Assembly (NCBI RefSeq): GCF_006345805.1
Contig: NC_042999.1
Coordinates: 139,686,001-139,750,000, forward strand
Direction of reading: 5' to 3'
DNA: 64,000 bases
Source of the DNA: Octopus sinensis
Taxonomy: Eukaryota
The notes below the pieces were generated by a model. That model did not search any database, had not been told where the DNA came from, and worked only from the letters and a program-made list of their open reading frames with translations. The position numbers were made by a program, and so were the translations under genes. Shown piece by piece: positions 11,753 to 25,165 of this stretch. Position 1 is the stretch's first letter. Each line of letters opens with the position of its first letter.

Positions 11753-13922
11753 AATTAAATTTTAATGTTGGAGTGAATCTAACGGTTTTTGTGTGTTTTT
11801 TAAACGGCTTATAAACACCTTCCACGCTGCAATTGTTTTCATTCCAGCACACGATCTCAGATCAGGTCACTTGCTATGCAAGAACATCTCCGTAATACAC
11901 ACACACACACACACGTATATATATATCAAGAGCAACCGTGTGACCATTCAATCCTTGTTAACTTTTTGTGATTTCAAAACAATTGTTGCTGTTCTGTGAG
12001 AATTAGACCATTAGCTAACTCCAAGGTGATTATCAAGGATTATGATGAAGACTGAGAATAAACAAAATGGGTATTACTGACTCTCATTTTGCTTTTAGCA
12101 AGTTCATTGTTGATCTAAACAGCTCCAACATATTATTATTTAGTACCCACAAGACTACATATTATTTTTCAGTACCCACAAGACTACAAAATGTTGCACA
12201 CTGTAAAAACCTTCCTTCAATAAACAAAGACAAAAAAGGGTCATCATAATCCTCATCATTTCAACGTCTACTTTTCCATGCTTGCATGAATCAGACAGAA
12301 TATACATCGAGGCAGATTTTCTAAAACTAGATGCCCTTCTTGTCACCAACCCTCACATGTTTCCAAACACAGCAATATTTCCTTATGTCCGGATATATTT
12401 TTCATGGAAGATTGTAAACAAATGACACCACTTGTACGACGACGACGACATTTGTTTACAACTATCGCGCTGTATCAAGATAGAGATACATGCACGCGCG
12501 AGGGTTGTACTGAAAGTGAGAATAAGCTTTTTATTAACTGATGTAGGGCGTTCAACTTGCACAGGCTGATAAAATAACACTTCCTCAGAGTAATTCTTCC
12601 TAAATACCCTGCTTCGTTATTTTTAATCATGCTATGTTATTAATCATATAGTACCTATTTTATATATCAGAGTTGAAGTTTGTTTAGCACACTCTGTTCA
12701 GTATCTATGGGTATGGCACGAATAAAAATAATAATGGTTTCTGATTTGGACACAAGGCTAAAAATTTCGAGGAGAGGGGTTTAGTAGATACCATCTACCT
12801 CAATATTTGACTGGTACATTATTTTATCGGCCCTGAAAGGACGAGAGGCATAGTTGATCCTAGTGGAATTGAACTCAAAATATAAAGAACAGGAAAAATA
12901 CTGCTAAGCATTTTTTTCTTGACGCTGATATGATTTTGGGGACAAACAAACATTAGAAACAATACTAAACACAAACAAGTAAACATGGGCACAAATTTTA
13001 CATTAAAAAATTGCAAGATTAAACAGGTGGATCGATGATTCTTTTCCATCTCAAACTGATGCTTACATTGTCTAATAACACTTTACATATAAAATCTTAA
13101 CAGCTGATTCATTCATAACAAAAACAGTATTCCCCAAAAGGGCTCGTATTTACAGAAGAGTGGGAGACGTGTGACTTTCACCTATTTTGTTACTAAAACT
13201 ATTTACACTTTTTCATAAGGTAGTAAGTAATGATTTATAATTTTTTTTAAAAGAGCAACTGTCACCGATTACTCAATGCTAATGAAACGAAAGCATCCGA
13301 ATTTTAGAATAACATTATGCAATCAAACATGAAAGCTTCTATTGAGAAGTTATGTTTTAAAATTTTACCCTACCTTCGATTATGCAAGGTGATATGGTGT
13401 TATCATTGTAAAGTCTTGTTGAGTAAACATTACAATTATTAATATTTAGAGTTAAGCTTTAACTGTAGATCGGCTAGTTAAATTCTTAGAAAACTAACGA
13501 ATAAGGAAAATGTCTCCACGAAAACAAATTTAATCGCATGAAAATATTCAGAGTACTTTTGGTTTCTTTTGATCACCCTCGTGTATGTACAAGCAAAAAT
13601 CTTCACCGTCTCAATAAATTGAAATCATTGACGTACATTTAAGCATAATGGAAATTACAAACCAATTTTTGAATGTAGGACTGCTTCCCCAAACATTGAA
13701 ACATAACTATATAATGTGAGAAATCCTGCAAAAGCATTTCGCTGACTTATCACAATTGAATGTAGATGTGGGCCAAATTATTTTAATGATTGTGGGTGGG
13801 ATATTTGGAAATTAGAACGAAAAACCAAAACTAAAACAAAAAGTGAAAGTGAGGAAGAGAGCATGAAACGTTAACCTCATATCTCTCTCTCTCTCTTGCC
13901 AGGACGTTAAGGTATACGTTAC

Positions 13923-14093
13923 CTTAATCTCGCCAGAACGTTTCTGTCGTCTTCTCTTTACAGCTGTTTTTCTCATTTGTTCTAGGCGCTTCTCTCTTTT
14001 TTCTACAGTTTCTCTCTCCCTTCTGTCCCTTGCTCTCAAGGCATCTGCCGCACGACGCTCTTCGTCTGTAGCATATTTCCTTGGCCTTCCCAT
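13923..14093 (-). CDS. Variable first exon C-V1: AT-hook plus STPR-like basic helix (57 codons)
   Basis: ATG at 14093. MGRPRK is AT-hook-like and RETVEKREKRLEQMR resembles an STPR unit. Phase-0 donor AAG|GTAACG at 13923. Confidence 0.72.
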
Positions 14094-15440
14094 TAAAGGA
14101 TCAGAAATGTTCAGTTTGACAGAATTTTGATACGGCGAGGATACTAAGCAAGTTATAGATTCAATATTAACTCGATATTGACTGTTTATTTTAAAGAATG
14201 ACTACAAAAAGAATAAATCGCTGATTCCTTGCTAGCATCTAAGTTAGCTTGTTTTGGGCACATACGCGCCGAATCAATGACAGGATGATAACAATGATGA
14301 TGATTTTAATATGTGAGTAGAAATTGACGAAACCAGCTAGCTGGTCCGACATTAAACATTGGAAATGGAGAAGATGGTAGCATTAGTGACAGTATTATTA
14401 GAGTAGTAGCGAAAAGAAGGGTTATGTTTGGAAAGGAGAAGGTAGTAAACAGCCACGTGATATTTATCTTGGGTTTTGTGTTTGTTCAAAATGAGGCGAC
14501 AGGTTGGTCACATGACGTATTTGCTATAGCAACAAAGTTAGGTATCTATAAACATGACTTAAATAAGTGCGAGTTATATCACCGTGATCTTCCCTTAGCG
14601 TAGCGACCGGTGTACAGCTATGATGTTGCTTAGCGCCAGATCAACTCCGATCGAGCAGACCCCACAAAAGGCTTTCCAGCCGTGACCACCTTGTTTTTCA
14701 TTAAGATTTTAAGGTATCTAGAACTGCGTTGTCTTCTCGCTCTTAGAGTGTAAAGCGCATTTCGAGGGGGACTTGGCTTTTTATACCCGCTAGATCCAAC
14801 GAAAACATAGAAGCCCAAAGTTGGCTCAAGTAAAATTCGATATTAGTATCACATATAGAATAACTAATGACATTGAAATGCAGCATTATTTCTCAATTTT
14901 GTCGACCTTTGAAACAATATAATTTTCGATATTCGCCTACTTGGAACTAAACTTCTGTTTACCTTCCCTCGTTTTAGTTTCCACATCCCCAGCAGAGAGA
15001 AAATACATAACAATCAACAGCAGAAGGTGTATGTGTGTAGAACACAAGTTGATATTTCCACTTCTTGCGAGAGAAAGAAAGAGAGGGAGAGCAAACGGCT
15101 TGTGGGATATTTTCCGTTTTTACATCTTTGAAAAAAATCAGATCTGATGTGCAAAACCGAAAAAATCCCATCTAGGTGCATCCTAAGTTGCATGACTTTT
15201 TTTTTTTTTTTACTGTAGAAAATTTTAAATCATCTGATAAAATGACAGTGTACTATTTAAAACAACACAAATCAAATGAAATCTCAAAGTAAAAACCTTT
15301 TTTACTTATTCTAAAGCAAAACAAAAACGGATCTTTTCAAAAACTTCTTTCGAAATTTTTAGAAAACCAACCTTAAAAAAATTTTGTCATTTACAAATTT
15401 GTTCTACAAAAAATGCCCCTATTTACTAGTGTCTTTAAAT

Positions 15441-15694
15441 CAGTGGCTCTGTACCAGGGTCTGTATGGCCTTTGGGGTCCATACAAGATTTTGTTGCTGA
15501 AATTTATCTGCAACAAATTGCTTATATTTCTACGTGACAAAATATATTAACAAACTTTTAATACAATTCCTAATATTTAATTATAAAAGTATAATGTGAT
15601 TTTTTAAACATTGGATGGCTATGAGGGTTCGGGTGAGTAAAATAGGAATCAAAGGGATCCATAGATAAAAAAAAAAAATGGTTGGGAAACATTG
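15441..15694. mobile_element. hAT-type MITE
   Basis: Imperfect TIRs (cagtggctctgtacc / ggttgggaaacattg). Exact 8-bp TSD ctttaaat at 15433-15440 and 15695-15702. Confidence 0.75.
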
Positions 15695-16098
15695 CTTTAA
15701 ATCGAGGCAAACTATTTCATTCACAAATTCGATATTTGTATGATTAAAGTATGTTTTGCTTTTCAATATTGGTATATAGATTAGGAATGTGCAGTACCTG
15801 TTACTTTTGCAGAATCCTGGATTGTTAATATCAGCTGATGTTCAGTTCAAATGTTTGTACGAAAGAACAGGAAGTTTGTAATCATTTAACCTACTAGAAA
15901 CAACAGCCAGACTCCCTCAAATTATTCCCAACCTCACTAGCTTATAATGAGAAAAGACACATTGCAGTTGTCTGCAAAAGACAAGATGAATCTAAGGCTA
16001 AGCAATATGACCCCGTGGGTTTGCTGACAAAAACAAGAAAGCCTCTATGTGATCTCTAAACCAGCAACAAATTGCATCTAAATTGCTATCAAACTATA

Positions 16099-17382
16099 TA
16101 AGGTGGTATCAAAAAATTCCCAGACTAGTTCTGTAGTGCATCCACAAGTCCCTGCTCACAGTTGTGTAGTGAGAGCTAGCAGTGTGCTAAGTAACATTGC
16201 TGTATTTACTTAACAAGTTGTGAAATTTATATTTTTGTGATCATGTGTTTGCTGTAGTCTGCAATTTTGTCATGGAGAGGAAGTTGCAGCAAAGAGCCAA
16301 AATGAAATTTTACATTAAACTTGGGAAGTCTGCTACAGAGACATTGAGCATGCTTCAGCAAGCTTGTGGCAATGAAGTAATGGGTTGTATGCAATGTTTC
16401 CAGGGGCCCAGATGCTTCAATAGTGGAAAAACTTTCCTGGAAGACGATGAGCAATCTGAAAGACCTGCCAGAAACATCATCCCAGAAATATGCAGAAAAT
16501 TCATCAGCTTGTGCATTAGGATCGTCAGAGGACTATCAACAACATTGCTGATGTTGTTGGTCTGTTGTATGGGTCCATGCAGGCAATCCTAAAGCCTGAA
16601 TTGAACATGCAGTGTGTCTCTGCCAAGTTTGTCCTCCACCTGCTGACCACTGAGCAGAAAGAACATGGCGTCAAAGTCTGTTAGGATTTCCGTCAGCATA
16701 CCACTAATGATCCATCTTTTATATTGAGGGACATCACCAGTGACAAGAGTTGGGTCTGGGTATGACCCTCAGACAAAGCGGCAGTCATTGCAATGGAAGA
16801 GCTCTTCATCTCCATGACCAAAGAAGGTGTGACAGAGCTGCAGCTCAGTCAAGATCATGCTCATCGTTTTTTTCAACATCTGCAGTACATCAAAAATTTG
16901 TCCCCCAGAGCCTGACCATCAATCAAGAATTCTACTGTGACGTTTTGAAGCATTTGAGTGGTGACATTCAAGAAAGACAACTGCATCTGTGGAAGGCAAA
17001 GAATTGGAATTTTCATAATGACAATGCACTCTGTCACTGAGCTCTCCTCACTCATGAGTTTCTCATCGAAAACATGGTATCACTTCTGTACCCGCTCTAT
17101 TCACCAGACTTAGCACCTGTGGGCTCCTATTTCTTCCCCAAGATCAAAAGCAGCGCAAAGGTTGTCATTTTAACATCACTGTCAAGGTCCACAGTGAATT
17201 GCAGAAGGTCCTCCACTCACAGAAAACGACTTCCAGGCTGGATTTCAAAAGTGGCAGGAATGCTTGGACCAGTGCATTGCTGTACAAGGTGACTATTTCA
17301 AAGGAGATTATGTTAAAACTTAGGTAAATAAGTTATTTTTTATTAAGTATAATTAGTCCTGGAACTTTTTGATACCACCTCA
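16099..17382 (+). mobile_element. Mariner-like DNA transposon, full length, pseudogenised
   Basis: TIRs (aggtggtatcaaaaaattcc / ggaactttttgataccacct) with TA TSD. Fragmented transposase (QRAKMKFYIKLGKSATET; FHNDNA; YSPDLAP). Confidence 0.9.
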
Positions 17383-17732
17383 TACTCTTAAGAAAAAATA
17401 TATAATCCAAGATAGTGGGAAAGGTGTAGCAAAAGATGAAATAGGCATGTGGACAACATCAAAGTAAATCAATGGGAAAACATCAGATTGTTGTTTAAAT
17501 AATTTATTTAAACAACACTTGCATTTACTTGTTGTATACAGCAAAAATCTCACATGACATTACCAACTTTACTTTGAGCTGACCAAGAAGAAATTAACAG
17601 AGTAAATACTATGTCATATGATAGGGTAGAACTGGACATGTTTTGTATGTGTGTGTGCATTGGTCATTCAGTGGTCTCTGTTTATGTTCTGTGACTGCTA
17701 CTGTGTTGGGTCGTTCATGTTGAATATTTAGA

Positions 17733-17989
17733 TCTTTGCGTTGCATTTTGATCTTGGGGAAGAAATGAGAGTCCACAGGTGCTAAATCTAGTGAATAGAG
17801 CAGGTACAGAAGTGATACCATGTTTTTGATGAGAAACTCATGAGTGAGGAGAGCTCAGTGACAGAGTGCATTGTTATTATGAAAATTCCAATTCTTTGCC
17901 TTCCACAGATGCAGTTGCCTTTCTTAAATGTTACCCCTCAAATGCTTCAAAACGTTACAGTAGAATTCTTGATTGATGGTCAGGGTCTG
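17733..17989 (-). mobile_element. Inverted partial copy of the adjacent mariner
   Basis: Reverse complement closely matches about 16905-17160. ORF 17609-17821 begins MVSLLYLLYSLDLAP versus MVSLLYPLYSPDLAP at 17074. Confidence 0.85.
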
Positions 17990-20016
17990 TTTAAAGGTTG
18001 AAGTTACTTGCTGGCCATCTTTCTCTCACTATCTCTGTCTCCGTGTGTGGCTATCACTCTCTCTGCTGTCCTTTGACAGATTGCTGTATATATAATGGCC
18101 GTGACAGCTAGAAGGACAGACATACCGCAGGAGAAATTCCTACCTATGTAGGTCACCTCCTGTCCATTTGAACCTTAAATGACATAACTGAGATTGAAGG
18201 TCGAAGGGAAACAATCCATCATTTTTTGACAGGACAAAGAAATTTCTTTCATACCTGTTTGGTAAATGGTGGTGGATCATGTGAGCAAGAATCCTTAGAT
18301 TCAGTTTCGAATCTCAGCTTGGAAAAAGGAAGTGTTAATTTTTACACACTGTGTCTGGTAAACAAAATGAAATAGAAACAATTGTTTAATCAAGGCTGCC
18401 CTGAGGTTAAACAACATCAACAGAGAAGGAATACTAGAATGCTACAGTAGTATGGAGTAGTGTTTGGATTATAATGTGATTACCATGAAATCTGGATAGG
18501 AGAAGACATAACATGTAGACTGCAAGAACAGATTGAGCTGGGATTGTCAGGTGTGAATGTTCTTCAACTGTAATCAAACAATTTCACTACCAAGTGCCTC
18601 TCTTTCAAATGCAGAAAATGAACATCAATGTGATACTTATTTTCTGCACCTGAACCCAATCAGTACTACCTGCAACATTTTTCCAATCAGACACAGAACT
18701 GCTACCTTTAATGTTGATACAGGATTGCTACCTTTAATGTTGATACAGTGAAGGGTACATCTGAATAGATTGTAGAGATGTTAAAGAGGAGATACAGATA
18801 TCAAACAAACTTATGGTTAAATGTGTTCTGGTGTTACCATTCTATCCTTTTTGTTTTAAACAGAGTATTTAGGACTAAGTTACTTCATAAACTCTACTAT
18901 TCAAACAATTTATGTATGTAAGAACTGTGTTCCTCCTTGGTTCATGAAAGCTCAGCTGAGTTCAGAGAGATATGATTTTTGCATGACCTGTTGATTTCTT
19001 TGCTTGAAAATAGAACATCTGAAATTACAGACCCACACAAATATATATGTGAAAATATGTATATAACATCTCTTTTACAAGACATATCTTGCATGATCCA
19101 TTGTATATGGTGGGTATTGGGGTGTAAATCACTTTGTTTTTAAGAACAAAAATCAAACTAGTGTTCATACACAGTTGCAATATTTTGCTCCACTTTGATG
19201 CTGTTTGAGAATGTATAGACATTGAATTTGTCCTCTGATTATAATAAAACATCTTAGTTGCCACCTCACCTGAAAACTGCAGCCAACTGCATCAGGAGTT
19301 TTTGAGGCAAAACAGAAAATGAAGATAGTTTACAAAAATATTTTAAATGGCTGACAGCTAGATGCCTTTCCTGATGCCAGCAACTTTACATGTACTGGGT
19401 GCTTTTCTTGTTGCACCAGCACTAGTTAAGTTGCTTTGCAGCTTACAAGACCTCAAACCTCAAGAGAAGAGGCTTTATGCAAGGAGATAAGGGGTTAAAG
19501 TATAAGAGAAAGGGACACAGCAGGACAAGTTTCTTGTTACAGAGGGGCTACATGACTACATTTTAGAAGGGTAGGGGTATTTGGAGTAAAGTTGGTGAGA
19601 TGAAAATAGTGGTGATAAGGTGTCTGGTAAGTAGGTGTCAAGGTAAGTAGAAGTGAGTGGAAACAGAAAAATCAGGAGTGTGCAGGTAGAGGTCGTAAGA
19701 GCATATTGAGGGATAGGAAATGCATAAGATGAATATAATGAACAAACAAATGCTGAGGGATGGTAAGAGAGGTAGGAAAGAGGTTACAACTATAGATTGG
19801 GTAGGGGTGGATGTAATGAATCATGGATAAGCAGTGAGGATGACCAATGATGTTTAGAATAAGAATCAGCAGAATAGTAATAAAAACACAGTAGACAGGG
19901 GAATAAGAGACAGAGAGATATGTGGTTGGGTAGGTTGCAACAGTGTGGAGAGAGATATAGGCAGGCACAGTGCATGGGGAGAGTGGTGAAAGAGAGCTCA
20001 TTTGGTGATCAATGTA

Positions 20017-20810
20017 TGAGGGGATACCCAAAAGAAACCAGAATTTTGCAATATTTTATTCACTTAGCTTTACATGTTTACACTTTTATCGCCTTCAAAG
20101 TATTCTCCATTTGAAGCAATGCATGTCCTGGAACTCGTGCAAAGTGATGCCTTTTGACGCCTCTAACGTTTATTCTTCACCCCTTCCACATTCAAATTCT
20201 GTAGCACCAGCTTTTGTTACCAGTCATGACTTCCAACTGCTCTTTCAGTTCACAACACATATTCAGTTGTGACTGCTTTTGATCCTCTGTGAGTAACCAA
20301 AGCACAAACTTCGCTGTAACTCTTTTCATTTGCAATTCCTCACTCAAAATTCGTTGGAAGGAGTTCCAGGACACACCAATCATATCAACAAATTCATTAA
20401 TTGTTTGGTAATGGTCCTCCAAGATCAGTTCATGAATTTTCATTTGTTCAGGAGGTCGACAGTCATCTTGAATGAGGTTGGTCTTCAAGTGACAAGTGAC
20501 TATTCCTGAAGCAAGGAAACCATTCATAAACTAGTATTTTGCTCTTGGCAGAGTCTTTGTCAGCTCTTTGAAGCACGACAACTGTTTTCCCCAGCAGAAA
20601 ACAGAATTTCCCGGAAGCATGTTCTTTCATTTCAGCCATCGCAAAAATCAACAAACTGGGAAGAAGCACTGCAAAACAAAGATGCACTATGTGACAGTAT
20701 GACCTCACTTGACACTACCAGTGAGCAGATTGATGCCTGAAGGTTGCATCAAGTTGTGGAACCCTCAACTACAAGTTTGTCCCACAGAGAAAGTTTCCTG
20801 TTACCACCTC
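20017..20810 (-). mobile_element. Internally deleted mariner-like element
   Basis: ORFs 20463-20708 and 20192-20527 give mariner motifs (VYEWF, LQMKRVTAKFVLWLLTEDQKQ, VMTGNKSWCY). Boundaries approximate. Confidence 0.75.
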
Positions 20811-20999
20811 ATCAAATGCAAATAAACAGGACGGTATTATGGATGAATATCAAGTAAGAAAATAATTTGTGTCAAAGAAAAGCTAAGGTTAGAGAAATAT
20901 GGGTGATCAGGGTGTCTTGAGGAAATTGAGTGAACGACCCAGTTGGGCACACATGCATGTGTGTGTGTGCACGCACAGTACTTCTAGAACTTAGTTTTG

Positions 21000-21600
21000 A
21001 TGAGTTGGGCGGGTCTTCTTGAGAACTGCATATCACCAGTCATCCCCATCTTGAGATCAACCTTCTTCACTTCATCCCATGTATTTCTGGGTCTCCCTTT
21101 TCTGCAAGCTCCACCTACGTTAAGCAATCAGCACTTTTTATGCAGTTGTTCCCAATCATACACATTACATCGGATTCTTCTTATGCCTAGTTTTACTCTC
21201 AGCACATTTGTACTATACCGTTCAGGTATACTTACTTTGCACATCCAACAGAGCATGCTCTTTTCATTTCTTTTGTTTTTTCTAGTCCTCTGCATTCAAA
21301 AACCATATCTCACAAACATACGGTATTACAGATCCAACACAGGCATCATACAATCTACCCTTCAGTTTTAGGGAAAAGACCTTTGTTGCCAGCAGCAGTA
21401 ATAGCTCCCTGAAAATAATACTTCAATCTGTTCTTACTGTCTACCATACCTGCAGAGGAATTCTCTCCCCTGCTAATCACATCTCCTAGGTAACAAAGGC
21501 TACTATTTCTGGTGTGCTCCAAGTACATAATGCTCCACTGCATGTCACATGCAAACCTTACATTCTGTTAGTCTGCTTGTAATTCCACTACAGCTTTCCT
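21000..21600 (-). mobile_element. RTE LINE fragment, heavily decayed
   Basis: Similar to 1860-2700 (CYLGDVIS; GRPRNTWDEV). Confidence 0.6.
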
Positions 21601-24187
21601 TCTCTTCATGTCCTTGATCACTTTAACATACTGTAATCATCTTGAATTGCTGATTCCCCCATAGAGTCAGCACGAGGTAGCTTTTTATCCCATACTCAAC
21701 ATTCAGCAACCTCTTGTAACTACACTTTTTTGTTTTCCATATCAATGGTGAATATGCTTCAATCATTCTATGCACACCTCTCACCAATCGTTCTGTTCTT
21801 TGGACAATTCTGACTGTGGGGTGTATGCAGAAGTAACTGTTGCTGTTGAGTGGCCTATAACTAGTCTTACCTGGTTAACATATATAAGTCACAGACAGAA
21901 GTGGAAGTTCTATAACTATTGTTACATAAGGCAATTGAATGATAGATAATTACACTCTCTTTATATATATATATACAAAAAACAATTAAACAAAACAAAC
22001 TTTTTGTGAAAATGTTTAATACAAAAATATAACTATTTATCAATGTTATAAAATTAAATTTGTTTGTTAATTCCAGATTTTATATATACTATATGTATGT
22101 TTATGTATATAAACATATATACATGTATATATTGTTTATTTAAGCTGATCTAGTGGCCTGTTATGCTGGAGTTTCACAAATGTGTAGAATTCCTTAGACG
22201 TGAGATCGCAGCCATAGCCAATACTAGTGTTGTATAACCAGCCCATTTAAAAGTACCCTTGAATATACTGAGTTTGAGAAGACCTGTTGAGTCAAGTGAA
22301 GTCATAGTCGTGGCTCGTGCCAGTGCTGCCTGACTGGCACCCATGCTGGTGGCATGTAATAAGCACCACTCAAGAGTGGGTCGATGCCAGAGCCACCTGA
22401 CTGGCTCCCTGTGCTGGTGGCATGTAAAAAGCACCATCCAAACCTGGTTGATGTCAGTGTGACCTGACTGGCTATCATGCCAGTGACATGTAAAAAGCAC
22501 CCATTACACTCTCAGAGTGGTTGGCGTTAGGAAGGGCATCCAGCTGTAAAAACTTTGCCAGATCAGACTGGAGCCTGGTGCAGCCTATTGGCTAGCCAGT
22601 CCTCAGTCAAACTGTCCATCCCATGCCAGCATGGAAAATGGACATTAAACGATGACAATGATGATATACTCTTTACTCTCTCTTTTACTTGTTTCAGTAA
22701 TTAACCCACAAGTACATTTCAGAGTTATACTTTTCTTGCATGTGATTTGAACTGAGACCATGTTGAAACTATACCCATCATATTGTGAAAGAGCCATTAT
22801 GGCTATCTAAAAAGATACAAAATCTGTTAAATTCACCTTTCATTTATTTCAAAATTCTACACACTGATAGGCACAGCCTCACAGTTACAGTTGAAGCAGG
22901 TCAATGACCAGGTCACAGTGATGCACGGTAAATTCTGACATCCTCATAAATTAAATGAAAAATGAATTTTTAGATACTTTTTGATGGGTATAAAGGCTTT
23001 TATCTTTTACTTCTTTCAGTCATTTTGACTGTGGCCATGCTGGGGCACCACCTTGAAGAACCTTAATTGAAATAATCAAACCCAGTACTTTTTTTTTAAG
23101 CCTGGTATTTATTCTATTGGTCTCTTTACCAAACTGTTAAGTTATAGGGATGTAAACACACCAACACTGGTTGTCAAGAAGTGGTGAAGGACTAAGGGAC
23201 AACCACAAAGGCACACACACATATATATATGACAAGCTTTTTTCCATTTCCATCTTCCAAACCCATCCACAAGGCTTTGGTTGGTGATAGTAAAAGACAC
23301 TTGTTCAAGGTGTCATGCAGTGGGACTGAACCCAGAACTTTGCGGTTGTGAAGCAAACTTATCACATAAATCTAATTTAATTTTATACACCCACACAAGA
23401 AAAACTTCCTTTTAATATCCATCCCTCATTTACCATTGACCACCTTCACTACCTATAAAGCTCTGATTACCTCCATATCTATTTCTGTTCGTTACTCACT
23501 ACCCAACACATACACTTGCAGCCTTTGTCCATCCTTTCTGATATTTCTGTCATTGCATTCTCTTCTTTTCATCTCCCTCAGACATTTTAACTTAAGTGTA
23601 AGCCGATTCCTTGTCATCATTATCTTCATGTCACTTTCTGGCACAACTCCTTCCATCTCCACTCATATATAACACGGAGTAGCCTTAAATCTCTTCCTAC
23701 TCAGCCTATCCCACATCCTCCTAATGACTATAATTCTCACTAATCCCTGACACCACCCTTATTTCCCTTTTATAACTCCTTCCTTGAACAGTCTCTGTTA
23801 TTGTCTCCACTATCATCCTCTGACATCAAATCTGTTCCAATCCTCACACTGTAACTCGCTCAAAACTTTACCTAAAGTCTCCAGTCACCGCCCTCTCTCC
23901 TACTCTCCCTCTTAGTCATGGAAGACTAGGGTCTTTAGTTTCACTAGTGCTGGTGCCATGTGGTTGATGATTGGAAGGGCAGCCAGCATAGAAACCATGT
24001 CAAAAATTGAGCCACAATAACAAGATGTGGTTTTCCAACCTGTTAGATCCCACTGAACCGTCCAGCTCATGGACATAAAATCATGATACACATACAAAAT
24101 AGCACATATACTTAAAAAAACTTGACATAATCCATTCTTTTTTCATGATATCAAGTAAGGTCATCTGTTCTATAGAAACCAGCATCT

Positions 24188-25165
24188 TCATACTGGCAGT
24201 TGCACTGATGATAATTGTTTTCTGTTCCTTCCAGCTGTAAAATGTCCTGCAGGATACACACTTTTATTGCCACCAGATGTCGCCATGTTATCAAATGACT
24301 GAATTGTTATAGTTCGATTTTGTGGTTTAGAAGGGTTTTCTCTTACAGGGTTAGATGGGAAACACATTTTCTTTTCAGTATGCAATGCAAATTCTAAGTT
24401 AGAATGTAAAGAGCTTTCAAATGTATTAGATTTTAACTTAGATGATGTTCCACGTGTCACATTTGTTATTGCTTTGCTGTGTGTGGTATCTAACAATGGT
24501 AAAACAAATTCTGAAGTGGATGCATCCTTACAGTTCAGCATGGTGCTTCGTGTCTGAGAACTGTTTGAAACTGGAATGGATGAATAGAACTTACTATGCT
24601 CATATCTGCTTTCCTCAGGTTCCATAGGTTCATTCTTCACTGTGGGAGCCATGACAAAATTACCAGAGGAATTGATATCTATGTTATCTAATAAGGCAAC
24701 CTCAGAGTTGTTTCCAAACAATGTAACTCTATTTTCTTTGGGTAATAATTCAGCTCTTGAAATCTTGTCATTAATACCACTGGATGATATTGAAAAGAAA
24801 CGTGGAGAAAGCTGAACTGGTGTTGTAACATTTTGTGACACAGATACATTATCTGTCATTGGGTTGGATGCAACAAATGCATTAGTAGCTGTAATAGGTT
24901 GCTGATGTGTTGTATTAGGCAGTTGACTATCACACAGTTGTTCAAATTCTTTCATTTCCAAACGTTTTGCAATGATTTTTAATTGATGTAAAATATTTAG
25001 ATCAAGATCTAGAATCCCATTATACATATAATCAGCAAAAGCATCTAAGGCTTTTGTGCTAACTTCCTGTGGTAAGTTAATGTGGAGAAAGTTCTGAGAG
25101 AGCATCTCTGCACCAAATACTGACAACAGTTTAGGACATACAGCAAATAAGACAACTTTATGTAC
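24188..25165 (-). CDS. BTB gene B, constant terminal exon
   Basis: Acceptor tttcag|GTACAT at 25165 (phase 0). Reads VHKVVLFAVCPKLL...AFADYMYNGILDL. Stop at 24188. Confidence 0.88.
   Translation of the reverse strand, partial: VHKVVLFAVCPKLLSVFGAEMLSQNFLHINLPQEVSTKALDAFADYMYNGILDLDLNILHQLKIIAKRLEMKEFEQLCDSQLPNTTHQQPITATNAFVASNPMTDNVSVSQNVTTPVQLSPRFFSISSSGINDKISRAELLPKENRVTLFGNNSEVALLDNIDINSSGNFVMAPTVKNEPMEPEESRYEHSKFYSSIPVSNSSQTRSTMLNCKDASTSEFVLPLLDTTHSKAITNVTRGTSSKLKSNTFESSLHSNLEFALHTEKKMCFPSNPVRENPSKPQNRTITIQSFDNMATSGGNKSVYPAGHFTAGRNRKQLSSVQLPV

Noticed and set aside
14630-14818. Basic 62-aa ORF upstream of C-V1
   Set aside because: It lacks an ATG start, its 3' part looks like an interspersed-repeat fragment, and it has no domain motif.
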